From contig OZ219787.1 in the NCBI GenBank assembly GCA_964291285.2, positions 192,001 through 256,000 on the forward strand: DNA of 64,000 nucleotides. The letters run 5' to 3'. Position numbers and translations under genes: made by a program. Positions 48,896 to 58,084 of the stretch are shown here, piece after piece (position 1 is the first letter of the stretch; each line of letters begins with the position of its first letter). The notes under the pieces were generated by a model, which worked only from the letters and a program-made list of their open reading frames with translations, was not told where the DNA came from and made no database searches. The stretch is from Alphaproteobacteria bacterium (GTDB lineage Bacteria; Pseudomonadota; Alphaproteobacteria; Bin95).

Positions 48896-48998
48896 CCCTG
48901 CATCCCGCCGCTTCCATCCTTGCAGCGCGACTATGGTAGCCGTACCATGGTCCGCCTTGCAGACGGGGGGGTGCAGGCGGAAACCGGAGCGGGAGGAC

Positions 48999-49958
48999 AT
49001 GACCATGACAGGGCGCATGCGACTGGCGGCGATCGGGATTGTTTCGGCCTTGACGGTGTCTTCCGCCGGCTGGGCGGCCGATCCGGACTCCTGCAAGGAG
49101 GTCCGCTTCTCGGATGTCGGGTGGACCGACATCACCTCCACCATCGCCGCCACCTCGGTCGTGCTGACGGGCCTCGGCTACGAACCGAGCGCGACTGTGC
49201 TCTCCGTGCCGGTCACCTATACCAGCCTCAAGAACGGCGATATCGACGTCTTCCTCGGCAACTGGATGCCGACCATGGAGGCCGACATCGCGCCCTATCG
49301 CGAGGACGGGTCGGTCGAAACCCTGGGCATGAACCTCACCGGCGCGAAATACACGCTCGCCGTCAACAAGGCGGCGGCCGACGGCGGCATCGGGAACTTC
49401 GGCGACATCGCCGGGCACCGCGACATGCTCGACGGCAAGATCTACGGCATCGAGCCCGGCAATGACGGCAACCGGCTGATCCAGAGCATGATCGACGAGA
49501 ACGCCTTCGGCCTGAAGGGCTTCGAGGTGGTCGAGTCCAGCGAGCAGGGCATGCTGGCCCAGGTTGCCCGCGCCAACCGGAAGGGCGAATGGATCGTCTT
49601 CCTCGGCTGGGAGCCGCACCCGATGAACGCCAATTTCGAGCTCACATATCTCGATGGCGGCGATGACTGGTTCGGCCCGAATTTCGGCGGCGCGGAGGTG
49701 TTCACCAATGTCCGGCGCGGCTACGCACAGGAATGCCCCAATGTGGGCAGGCTGCTGGCGAACCTGAAATTCACGCTGGCGATGGAAAACGAGATCATGA
49801 CGGCGATCCTCGACGAGGACAGGAAGGAAGAGCCGGACAAGGCGGCGACGGCATGGCTCAAGGCGAATCCCGGCATGCTGGACGGCTGGCTCGACGGCGT
49901 GACGACCATGGACGGCGGCGACGGCATGGCGGCCGTCAAGGCGCATCTCGGCCTCTAG
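48999..49958 (+). CDS. choX: Choline ABC substrate-binding protein
   Basis: VRFSDVGWTDI, GNWMP, GIEPGNDGN, GWEPHPMN. Confidence 0.9.
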   Translation: MTMTGRMRLAAIGIVSALTVSSAGWAADPDSCKEVRFSDVGWTDITSTIAATSVVLTGLGYEPSATVLSVPVTYTSLKNGDIDVFLGNWMPTMEADIAPYREDGSVETLGMNLTGAKYTLAVNKAAADGGIGNFGDIAGHRDMLDGKIYGIEPGNDGNRLIQSMIDENAFGLKGFEVVESSEQGMLAQVARANRKGEWIVFLGWEPHPMNANFELTYLDGGDDWFGPNFGGAEVFTNVRRGYAQECPNVGRLLANLKFTLAMENEIMTAILDEDRKEEPDKAATAWLKANPGMLDGWLDGVTTMDGGDGMAAVKAHLGL

Positions 49959-50001
49959 CATCGCGCCCGCCCGCGCAGGCGGGGACGCCGCGGGGTAGAT
50001 C

Positions 50002-50850
50002 TTGGACTGGCTGACGGACCATAAGATCCCGCTCGGCAAGTGGATCGCGTCCTTCGTGGACCTGCTGCTCGACCATGCGGCGTGGTTTTTCGACTACCTG
50101 TCCGAGGTGCTGAAGTTCCTGATCGAGGGACTGACCGACCTCGCGCTGGCGCTCCCGCCGCTCCTCCTCGTGGCGGGCATTGCCGCACTCGCCTTCTGGC
50201 TGCACCGGTCCTGGAAGCTCGTCGCCGCCGTAGTGTTGACGCTGCTGCTGGTCGTCAATCTCGGCTACTGGGAGACGACGGTCCAGACGCTGGTGCTGAT
50301 CCTGTTCTCGACGGCGATCTGCATTGCCGCCGGCGTGCCCGTCGGCATTGCGGCCGCACACCGGCCCTGGCTCTACAACGCCATCCGGCCGGTGCTCGAC
50401 CTGATGCAAACCATCCCGACCTTCGTCTATCTGATCCCGACCATGATCATGTTCGGGCTCGGCGTGGTGCCGGGCCTGATCTCGACGGTGATATTCGCCA
50501 TCCCGGCCCCGATCCGGCTGACCCATCTGGGGATTTCCAGCGTGCCCCGGCCGCTGGTCGAAGCGGGTGAGGCCTTCGGTGCGACCCGCCGCCAGCTGCT
50601 CTGGAAGGTGGAATTGCCGCATGCCATGCCGACCATCATGGCGGGCGTGACCCAGTGCATCATGTTGAGCCTTTCCATGGTCGTGATCGCGGCGATGGTG
50701 GGTGCGCCGGGGCTCGGCGTGCCAGTGCTGCGCGCGCTCAACACGGTCAACATCGCCAAGGGCTTCGAGGCCGGGCTCGCCATCGTCATCGTCGCCATCC
50801 TGCTCGACCGGATATGCAAGCAGCCCGGCGGCGGCAGGGACCGGGGCTGA
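50002..50850 (+). CDS. choW: Choline ABC permease
   Basis: DWLTDHKIPLG, LDLMQTIPTFVYLIP. Confidence 0.9.
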   Translation: MDWLTDHKIPLGKWIASFVDLLLDHAAWFFDYLSEVLKFLIEGLTDLALALPPLLLVAGIAALAFWLHRSWKLVAAVVLTLLLVVNLGYWETTVQTLVLILFSTAICIAAGVPVGIAAAHRPWLYNAIRPVLDLMQTIPTFVYLIPTMIMFGLGVVPGLISTVIFAIPAPIRLTHLGISSVPRPLVEAGEAFGATRRQLLWKVELPHAMPTIMAGVTQCIMLSLSMVVIAAMVGAPGLGVPVLRALNTVNIAKGFEAGLAIVIVAILLDRICKQPGGGRDRG

Positions 50851-50853
50851 GCC

Positions 50854-52047
50854 ATCCGCACGATCGAACTCAAGGACGTGGACATCCTGTTCGGTGGCGA
50901 TACTCGCGCCGCGCTGGACCTGCTCGACCAGGGCGCGGACCGCCAGGAAATCCACGACGCCACCGGCGCGGTGGTGGGCGTGGCCGGTGCATCGCTCGCC
51001 GTCCGCCGGGGCGAAATCTGCGTGCTGATGGGCCTTTCCGGCTCAGGCAAATCGACCCTCTTGCGCGCCGTCAACGGCCTCTGCCCGGTGACGCGCGGGC
51101 AGGTGCTGGTGCAGGACGGCGAGGCCGCGCTCGACATCGCCGGCTGCGATGCGGCCACGCTCCGGCGGATGCGCATGGAGCGCATCGCGATGGTGTTCCA
51201 GCAATTCGCGCTGCTGCCCTGGCGCACCGTGCAGGAGAATGTGAGCTTCGGGCTGGAACTGCGCGGCATGAACCGCGCCGAACGCGACGCTGTCGTGGCG
51301 GAGAAGCTGAAGCTGGTCGATCTGGACCGCTGGCGGGACCGGTTCGTGCATGAGCTTTCCGGCGGGATGCAGCAGCGCGTCGGCCTCGCCCGCGCGCTTG
51401 CGACCGATTCCGACATCCTGCTGATGGACGAGCCCTTCTCCGCCCTCGATCCGCTGATCCGCGAGCATCTGCAGGACGAGCTGCTCGACCTCCAGCGCCG
51501 CCTCGGCAAGACGATCCTCTTTGTCAGCCACGACCTCAACGAGGCACTCAAGCTCGGCCGGCATATCGCCATCATGGAGGCGGGCCGGATCGTCCAGTTC
51601 GGCGAGCCGGAGGAGATCGTGCTGAATCCGGCGAATGCCTATGTGGCCGAGTTCATCGCGCACATGGACGCGCTCAACGTGCTGCGCTGCCGCTCGCTGA
51701 TGACGCCCGTTGCGGATATCAGGCGCGAGGGCGGGGTGCTGCTGCTCGACTGGTCCGGGCGCAACCGCCTCGCGCTGGACGCTGACGGCAAACCGGTGGA
51801 GGCGACGGTCGAGCCCGGCCCCGCCAACCTCCGGCGCTACGACCCGGAGATGGACCTGGCCGCACTCGCCGCCGGCGATATCTGCACGGCACCGACCGAC
51901 CTCCGCATGCGCACGGCCATCGAGATCCGGCACCGCACCGGCCGGCCGGTGCTGATGGTGGAGGACGGCCGCCTCATCGGCGTCATCGGCGACGAGGAAA
52001 TCTACCGCGGCCTCCTGAGCCAGCGCAGCTCTTCCGCCGGGAGCTGA
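50854..52047 (+). CDS. choV: Choline ABC ATP-binding protein (start ambiguous: ATC 50854 or GTG 50878)
   Basis: GLSGSGKS, LSGGMQQRV, DEPFSALDP. Confidence 0.85.
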   Translation: MRTIELKDVDILFGGDTRAALDLLDQGADRQEIHDATGAVVGVAGASLAVRRGEICVLMGLSGSGKSTLLRAVNGLCPVTRGQVLVQDGEAALDIAGCDAATLRRMRMERIAMVFQQFALLPWRTVQENVSFGLELRGMNRAERDAVVAEKLKLVDLDRWRDRFVHELSGGMQQRVGLARALATDSDILLMDEPFSALDPLIREHLQDELLDLQRRLGKTILFVSHDLNEALKLGRHIAIMEAGRIVQFGEPEEIVLNPANAYVAEFIAHMDALNVLRCRSLMTPVADIRREGGVLLLDWSGRNRLALDADGKPVEATVEPGPANLRRYDPEMDLAALAAGDICTAPTDLRMRTAIEIRHRTGRPVLMVEDGRLIGVIGDEEIYRGLLSQRSSSAGS

Positions 52048-52064
52048 AGGAAGCGGCTGCCGCG

Positions 52065-53318
52065 TCAGGCTCCGTCGATCAGGTGCATGAAGGAGCCGGC
52101 GACCCTGCCGCGCCGGAGGCCGGCGGGGCCGAGCGGGCGCTCCTGCGCGTCCGCCATCTCGAACAACGCCTCGCCCGGGCCCTCGCGGAGCGCGCGCGCA
52201 TAGTGGAATTCGTGGCCCCGGAAGGCCCGGCCCGGCGGGAAGCCGCCGCCCTTCGCCGCGAGGCGGCGGTATCCGAGCCGGCGTGCGGGTTCCACGAAGC
52301 TCGTCTCCAGCGGCAGGAGGCCCGCCATGGCGTGGCGCTTGCCCTCCGCATCCTCCAGCCCCTCGCCCAGCACCATGTATCCGCCGCACTCGCCGTAAAC
52401 CGGCCCTTCATGGCGGCGAAGCGCGGCCATGAAACTGCCGGCGGCTGCGAGTCGCCCGGCATGGAGCTCCGGATAGCCGCCCGGCAGGAAGACCGCGTCG
52501 CCCTCCGGCGCCTCGTCGGCGAGGGGCGAGAAGAAGGCGAGTTCGGCCCCGGCGCGCTGCCAGCCGGCCAGCATATGCTCATAGGCGAAGGCGAAGGCCT
52601 CGTCGCGCGCGACCGCGATCCGCTGCCCGGGCGGCGGCAGGGGCGCGCCGTCGGCATGCTCCGCCGCCGGCAGGTTGAGCGGACCGAAGGGCATCGCCGC
52701 CGCCGGGACCAGGTCGGCCGCACGCTCCAGCCAGGCGTCGAGCGCGGGATGTTCGCCCGCCTGCACCAGCCCCAGATGGCGCGATGGCAGAGCGAGTCCC
52801 GGCTCGCGGGGGAGCGCGGCGAGTACCGGCACGGCGCCCGCCCGCTCCCGCAGCAGCGCCTCATGTCGTGCGCCGGCGACCCGGTTCAGGACCGCGCCGG
52901 CGATGCGGATGTCGCCCCGATGGCCTGCGAACCCCTCCAGCAGCGCCGCGACCGACTGGCCCTGCCGCGCGCAGTCCACGACCAGCACGACCGGCCAGCC
53001 GGTGAGCGCTGCCAGGTCGGCCGTCGAGCCGCCGCCGCCCTCCGGCCCGTCGAAGAGGCCCATCACGCCCTCGGCCACGGCGATGTCGGCGTCCCTGCAG
53101 AGCGCCGCCGCCAGCGTTTCGGGGCGCATCGCCCAGGGGTCGAGGTTCAGGCAGGGCCGCCCGGCCGCGGCGGCGAGGAAGCCGGCGTCGATATAGTCCG
53201 GCCCCGCCTTGTAGGGCTGCACGGCGAGGCCCTGCCGCCGGAGCGCACGGACAAGCCCTGCCGCCACCGTCGTCTTGCCGCTGCCCGAGGCCGGAGCGGC
53301 GAGCACGATCCCCTTCAC
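52065..53318 (-). CDS. cobB: Cobyrinate a,c-diamide synthase
   Basis: SGSGKTT, KAGPDYID, EGVMGLFDG, GECGG, GHEFHY. Confidence 0.92.
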   Translation of the reverse strand: MKGIVLAAPASGSGKTTVAAGLVRALRRQGLAVQPYKAGPDYIDAGFLAAAAGRPCLNLDPWAMRPETLAAALCRDADIAVAEGVMGLFDGPEGGGGSTADLAALTGWPVVLVVDCARQGQSVAALLEGFAGHRGDIRIAGAVLNRVAGARHEALLRERAGAVPVLAALPREPGLALPSRHLGLVQAGEHPALDAWLERAADLVPAAAMPFGPLNLPAAEHADGAPLPPPGQRIAVARDEAFAFAYEHMLAGWQRAGAELAFFSPLADEAPEGDAVFLPGGYPELHAGRLAAAGSFMAALRRHEGPVYGECGGYMVLGEGLEDAEGKRHAMAGLLPLETSFVEPARRLGYRRLAAKGGGFPPGRAFRGHEFHYARALREGPGEALFEMADAQERPLGPAGLRRGRVAGSFMHLIDGA

Positions 53319-53905
53319 AGCAGGCGTTTCAGCGCCGCCGCCATGTCGTCCGCCGTCGCCTCATGGCTGAAATGGGTGACATAGCGTCCCTCGCCGTCCA
53401 TCAGGAACAGGATCGAAGAGTGGTCCACCAGGTAGCTGCCGTCCTCCTCCGGGGCGGCCTTGCGGTAGTAGATGCGGAAGGCGCGGGCGGCGGCGGCCAC
53501 CTGCCCGGGTGTGCCGGTAAGCCCCACCGTGCCGGGGTGGAAGTGGCCCGCATAGTCCTTCACGACCCCGGGCGTGTCGCGCTCGGGGTCGATGGACACG
53601 AAGACCAGCCGCACTTTCGAGGCGAGGGCCGGGCCGATCCCGTCAAGCGCCTGGCTCGCATTGAACAGCGTCGTCGGGCAGACATCCGGGCAGAAGGTGT
53701 AGCCGAAATAGATCAGCATGTGCCGGCCGCGGAAGTCGCGCTCCGTCACCTTCCGCCCGTCGCCGTCGATGAGTTCGAACGGCCCGCCGACCGCGGGCCG
53801 GCCCTCCTGCGGCCTGCCTTCCAGCGCCCACCAGAGCCAGTAGCCGGCCAGCGCCGCGACAACGGCGCCGCAGATCAGCAGTCCGAGATGCAGGCCCCTT
53901 CGCAT
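53315..53905 (-). CDS. SCO family protein
   Basis: FGYTFCPDVCP, DPERD, YLVDHS. Confidence 0.92.
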   Translation of the reverse strand: MRRGLHLGLLICGAVVAALAGYWLWWALEGRPQEGRPAVGGPFELIDGDGRKVTERDFRGRHMLIYFGYTFCPDVCPTTLFNASQALDGIGPALASKVRLVFVSIDPERDTPGVVKDYAGHFHPGTVGLTGTPGQVAAAARAFRIYYRKAAPEEDGSYLVDHSSILFLMDGEGRYVTHFSHEATADDMAAALKRLL

Positions 53906-53921
53906 GGGCGCGCGCAGCGGC

Positions 53922-54353
53922 TCAGATCGCGAGCCGCAACAGCGCCGCGAGCACGGCGACGAGCTGGATCATGTTGACGAAGGCGGCGCGCTTGTGGGCG
54001 CGGGTGAACTCGTCCGCCGCGCCGTATTCGCCCCGTTCGCGGGCGTCGAACAGGCGCTGGGTCTGCGGCATGGTCACATAGCGCGAGGCAAGGAAGGCGA
54101 CGGTGACGAGCGCCATGATCGCCGCATCCCAGGGCTGGACCGCGACCGCCGCGAGCGCGGCGACGCCGCAGACCACGGCCATGAACATGTAATAGGGGCC
54201 GAAGGCGTCGCGCATGAAGGCGTCCGCGACCGGCTTGTCCAGCTTGCGGAACACCATGGGCGCGAAGAAGCCGGTGAAGGTCACCATGCCGCCGAAGGCC
54301 AGCGCGCTGGCCGTGACCGCAATCCCGAGAAGCACCGAATCGATACCCGTCAT
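53922..54353 (-). CDS. DUF4149-like membrane protein
   Basis: FFAPMVFRKL...FTRAHKRA; four hydrophobic segments. Confidence 0.7.
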   Translation of the reverse strand: MTGIDSVLLGIAVTASALAFGGMVTFTGFFAPMVFRKLDKPVADAFMRDAFGPYYMFMAVVCGVAALAAVAVQPWDAAIMALVTVAFLASRYVTMPQTQRLFDARERGEYGAADEFTRAHKRAAFVNMIQLVAVLAALLRLAI

Positions 54354-54492
54354 GGGCGCGGGTATAACGCCCGGACGGCGCGCCGGGAAGGGGCAGGCTG
54401 CGCCGATTGCGGCCGCCCGCCCCGTTGCATGTTCTCCGCCCGGCGCGCACTCTTCGCGCCCGAGGGCGACGGAAGCGGACGGGGCGGGGCCC

Positions 54493-55320
54493 ATGAGCGA
54501 GCAGGCCATCAAGAGCATGAAGCTCTATTCGCGGGTGGAGCGGGTCTATGCGCAGCTTCGCGACGCCGGAATTGCCGACGATGGCCCGATTCCCCTCGAT
54601 GTGCTCTGCCGCTTCGACCAGTACCACTATGACGGCGTGGCCGCGGTGGAGGAGGGGATCGCCCGGCTCGCGCTTGCGCCGCATCACCGGGCGCTCGATG
54701 TCGGCTCCGGGCTCGGCGGGCCGGCGCGCATCATCGCCAGCCGGGCGGGCTGCGAGGTCACCGCGCTCGAGCTCCAGCCGGACGTGCATGAGGTCGCCGC
54801 CCGGCTGACCGCGCGCGCCGGCCTGGCGGACCTCGTCCGGCACCGGCAGGGCGACATTCTGGAAGGCGCGCCCGCGCCCGGCGGGTTCGACGCGCTCTTC
54901 GCCTGGCTCGTGTTCCTGCACATTCCCGAGCGCGGGCGCCTCTACCGGCGCTGCCGCGAAGCGCTCCGCCCCGGGGGCGCGATGTATGTCGAGGACTATT
55001 TCGAGCTGGGAACGCTGACCGGCGCAGAACGCGAGACGCTCGCCGGGAAGGTCTATTGCCGCGGCCTGCCCCGGCTGGACGAACTCCGCCGCGACCTCGC
55101 CGGCGCGGGCTTCGCCGAGGTCGAAATCGAGGACGTGACGGCGTTCTGGACGGAGCATGTCGCGGACCGCGCGCGGTCCTGGCGCGCCGGCCGCGAGCGC
55201 GAGACGGCGCTCCACGGCGAAGAGGTCTTCGCCGGGCTCGACGACTTCTATTCCAGCATCGCCGGCCTCTTCCAGGGCGGCAATCTCGGCGGCATGAGGC
55301 TCGTCGCCCGCAGGCGCTGA
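54493..55320 (+). CDS. SAM-dependent methyltransferase (sarcosine/dimethylglycine N-methyltransferase-like)
   Basis: FDQYHY, LDVGSGLGGPAR, FLHIP. Confidence 0.8.
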   Translation: MSEQAIKSMKLYSRVERVYAQLRDAGIADDGPIPLDVLCRFDQYHYDGVAAVEEGIARLALAPHHRALDVGSGLGGPARIIASRAGCEVTALELQPDVHEVAARLTARAGLADLVRHRQGDILEGAPAPGGFDALFAWLVFLHIPERGRLYRRCREALRPGGAMYVEDYFELGTLTGAERETLAGKVYCRGLPRLDELRRDLAGAGFAEVEIEDVTAFWTEHVADRARSWRAGRERETALHGEEVFAGLDDFYSSIAGLFQGGNLGGMRLVARRR

Positions 55321-55345
55321 CGCGGCGCCGTCCGGAAGGTTCCGC

Positions 55346-56116
55346 TCACCCCGCCCCCAGCCGGCCGAGCCAGTCCAGCCGGGGGCGCAGCGCGGTTATG
55401 GGGCCGAGCGCTATGACGGCGGGGGGCTCGGCCCCGGCGGCCGCTTCGCCGAGGCCGGCCAGCGTGGTCTCGATGACATGCTGGCGCGGGGTGGCGGCGT
55501 GGCTGACGATGACGGCGGGCTCGGCCGGCGGGCGGCCGTGGGCCATCAGGCGCTCGGCGATCGCGCTGATTCGCCGGAGCGCCATGTAGAAGACCAGCGC
55601 GGGCGACCCCCTGGCCAGCGCCTCCCAGTCGAGGCCGCTCGCCTCCGGCGCGGCATGGCCGGAAACGAAAGTGACGGCGGAGTTCACGTCCCGGTGCGTC
55701 GCGGGGACGCCGGCATAGGCAAGCCCGCCGATGCCGGCCGTCACGCCGGGCACGATGCGGAAGGGCACGCCCGCCGCCGCCAGCGCCAGCGCCTCCTCGC
55801 CGCCGCGCCCGAAGACGAACGGGTCGCCGCCCTTGAGCCGCAGCACGCGCCGGCCCGCCTTCGCCTCGGCGACGAGGCGGGCGGAAATGTCCGGCTGGCA
55901 GGGCGAGGGCCGGCCGCCGCGCTTGCCTGCATGGACGATTTGCGCGCCCGCCCGCGCCATCGCCAGCACGCCGGGATCGACCAGCGCGTCATGGACCACG
56001 ACATCGGCGTCCTCGAGCGCGCGGGCGGCGAGCAGGGTCAACAGGCCGGGATCGCCGGGCCCCGCGCCCACGAGCCAGACCTCGCCCGGCGCCAGCCTCC
56101 GCAGGTCGGGAGTCAT
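55346..56116 (-). CDS. cobA: Uroporphyrinogen-III C-methyltransferase
   Basis: VGAGPGDPGLLT, RLKGGDPFVFGRGGEE. Confidence 0.92.
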   Translation of the reverse strand: MTPDLRRLAPGEVWLVGAGPGDPGLLTLLAARALEDADVVVHDALVDPGVLAMARAGAQIVHAGKRGGRPSPCQPDISARLVAEAKAGRRVLRLKGGDPFVFGRGGEEALALAAAGVPFRIVPGVTAGIGGLAYAGVPATHRDVNSAVTFVSGHAAPEASGLDWEALARGSPALVFYMALRRISAIAERLMAHGRPPAEPAVIVSHAATPRQHVIETTLAGLGEAAAGAEPPAVIALGPITALRPRLDWLGRLGAG

Positions 56117-56928
56117 TTCCCCAGCAGGCGGAGCAGCAGGGCGGAGACCGGCGTCATCCGCGCGATGGGGCCGCGGACGAACTGCCCGACCGCCTCGCCG
56201 ACTTCGGGCGGCGGCGGTTCCGCCGGCAGGGCGAGGCCGGCGGCGATCCCGGCAGAGGCCTCGCGCGCGGCTTCGGCCCCGGCGGCGATCGTCGCGGCGA
56301 GCCGCCCGTCGCGGTCGAGCGGGGCAAGCTGCGCCCAGACGAGCGCCAGGTATCCCGGCCAGTAAGCCAGGTGCCGGTAGAGGCTCGCCACCACCGTATC
56401 GCCGCGATTGCCGAGCGCGTTCAGCGCCAGCACAAGGTCGCGTACCTCCGGCGCCAGCGCCTCCATCGCGGGAATCGGCGGCAGCTCGCCCTCGACCGAA
56501 GCTCGCGCGCCGCTCCCGGCCGCGGCCGGTGGGCCGCCGGCGGGCGCGCCCTCCAGCGCCTGCAGCAGCGCGCCGAGGGCGGCCAGGTTCAGCCGGTTGC
56601 CGCGGTCGTAGCTCGCCAGCATGCGGATGACGGCCGCGCGGTCCGCCCCGGAGAGGCCGGCGGCCGGCAGCAGCGCGTCGGGCCAGGGCGGCAGGTCCGG
56701 CAGCGGCGTCCCCGCCAGGATCCGCGCCGCCGCCCCGTCCGCCAGCCCGCCGGCATAGAGCGGGCGCACCGCGGCCCAGGCCCATTCCAGCGCGCCCGGA
56801 AAGTAGGCGAGCCGGCGCCAGATGAGGTTGACCACGGGAACGCCGAGCACGTCCCTTATGTCGGCATAGAGGACGGCGGCGGCTCCGGTCGCCTCGCTCT
56901 CGGGCAGGGTCGGCATGGCGTCGGTCAT
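56113..56928 (-). CDS. DehI/AhpD-like helical protein with internal duplication
   Basis: VNLIWRRLAYFPGALEWAW and VASLYRHLAYWPGYLALVW repeats. Confidence 0.55.
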   Translation of the reverse strand: MTDAMPTLPESEATGAAAVLYADIRDVLGVPVVNLIWRRLAYFPGALEWAWAAVRPLYAGGLADGAAARILAGTPLPDLPPWPDALLPAAGLSGADRAAVIRMLASYDRGNRLNLAALGALLQALEGAPAGGPPAAAGSGARASVEGELPPIPAMEALAPEVRDLVLALNALGNRGDTVVASLYRHLAYWPGYLALVWAQLAPLDRDGRLAATIAAGAEAAREASAGIAAGLALPAEPPPPEVGEAVGQFVRGPIARMTPVSALLLRLLGK

Positions 56929-56980
56929 GGCCGCCCTGTTTATGTCCGCTTGCCCGCCCGCCGCAAGGGCCGGGGCGCGG

Positions 56981-57715
56981 TCAGTCCACCATGGTGAGGC
57001 CGCCGGAGACGCTCAGCACCTGGCCGGTGACATAGTCGCTGAGCGGCCCGGCGAAGAACAGCACGGCGTTGGCGAGGTCCTGCGGCGTGCCGACCCGGCG
57101 GAAGGGGATGGCGCGGATCAGCGCCTGCTGCATGCGCTCCGGCTGGCCGCGGAAGAGCGGCGTGTCGGTCGGGCCGGGGCAGACCACGTTGACGTTGATG
57201 TTGTGGCGCGCCGTCTCGCGGGCGAGCGACTTGGAAAACGCGATCACCCCGCCCTTGGCCCCGGCATAGACGGTCTCGCCCATCGAGCCGACCCGGCCGG
57301 CGTCGGAGGAGACGGAGACAATCTTGGCCCCGCCCGCCTCGATCATCGCCGGCAGCAGCGCGTGGCACATGCGCACCGCGCCCAGATAGTTGAGCTCGAC
57401 GATGCGCTCGATGAACTCCGGCGTGTTCTCGGTGAACGGCATGATCCGGTCCCAGCCCGCGACATTGGCCAGCACGTCGACGGCGCCGAGCGAGGCGGCG
57501 ATGTCCAGGATGGCGGCCTTGTCGGTGACGTCGAGCGCACGCGCCTCCGCCGAGCCGCCCGCCTCCCTGGCCGCCGCGGCGGTTTCGCCGACAGCCGCCT
57601 CGTCGATGTCGGTCGCGACCACATGCGCGCCCGCCCCGGCGAGCGTCTGGGCCACCGCCCGCCCGATGCCGGAGCCGGCTCCCGTCACGATCGCAGTCTT
57701 CCCGTCAAGGCGCAT
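56981..57715 (-). CDS. SDR oxidoreductase (BadH-like)
   Basis: TGAGSGIG, SDAGRVGS, YAGAK, CPGPTDT. Confidence 0.88.
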   Translation of the reverse strand: MRLDGKTAIVTGAGSGIGRAVAQTLAGAGAHVVATDIDEAAVGETAAAAREAGGSAEARALDVTDKAAILDIAASLGAVDVLANVAGWDRIMPFTENTPEFIERIVELNYLGAVRMCHALLPAMIEAGGAKIVSVSSDAGRVGSMGETVYAGAKGGVIAFSKSLARETARHNINVNVVCPGPTDTPLFRGQPERMQQALIRAIPFRRVGTPQDLANAVLFFAGPLSDYVTGQVLSVSGGLTMVD

Positions 57716-57754
57716 GGGGCCCGGTTCCTTTCATTGTGCCTGGGGCAGAGGAGG

Positions 57755-58030
57755 CTATTCGGCGGCCGGCGCGGGGTCGTTGCGGCGCATGATGTAGTCG
57801 TAAACGAAGTCCATCTTGCCTTCGAGGCGGCCCAGCCGGTCGCGCACCTCGCGCATCTCCTCCGCCAGCCCGTCGATGCGCGCGCCGAGCTCCCGCTTCG
57901 CTTCGTCGAGATCGCCTTTCACGCCGTCGATGCGAGCCTCCAGGCGCGCTTCCATGCGGCGCATGCTCTGCCATATCAGCCCGGCAAGGCCGACGCCTAC
58001 GGCGAGGATTGCGATCAGTTCGGGGCTCAC
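57755..58030 (-). CDS. Small membrane-anchored coiled-coil protein
   Basis: GTG start, TM segment LIAILAVGVGLAGLIW, heptad repeats ending RLGRLEG. Confidence 0.75.
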   Translation of the reverse strand: MSPELIAILAVGVGLAGLIWQSMRRMEARLEARIDGVKGDLDEAKRELGARIDGLAEEMREVRDRLGRLEGKMDFVYDYIMRRNDPAPAAE

Positions 58031-58084
58031 GGGCGCGTCCTTCCTGCCAGCCGGGGCGACTCTGCCGGGAATTCCCGGAGGCGG

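Noticed and set aside
44264-49465. 1733-aa ORF and other long shadow ORFs (e.g. 17685-20381, 17146-19767, 15336-17528)
   Set aside because: These are antisense or off-frame shadows of well-supported genes in high-GC DNA, with no recognisable motifs.
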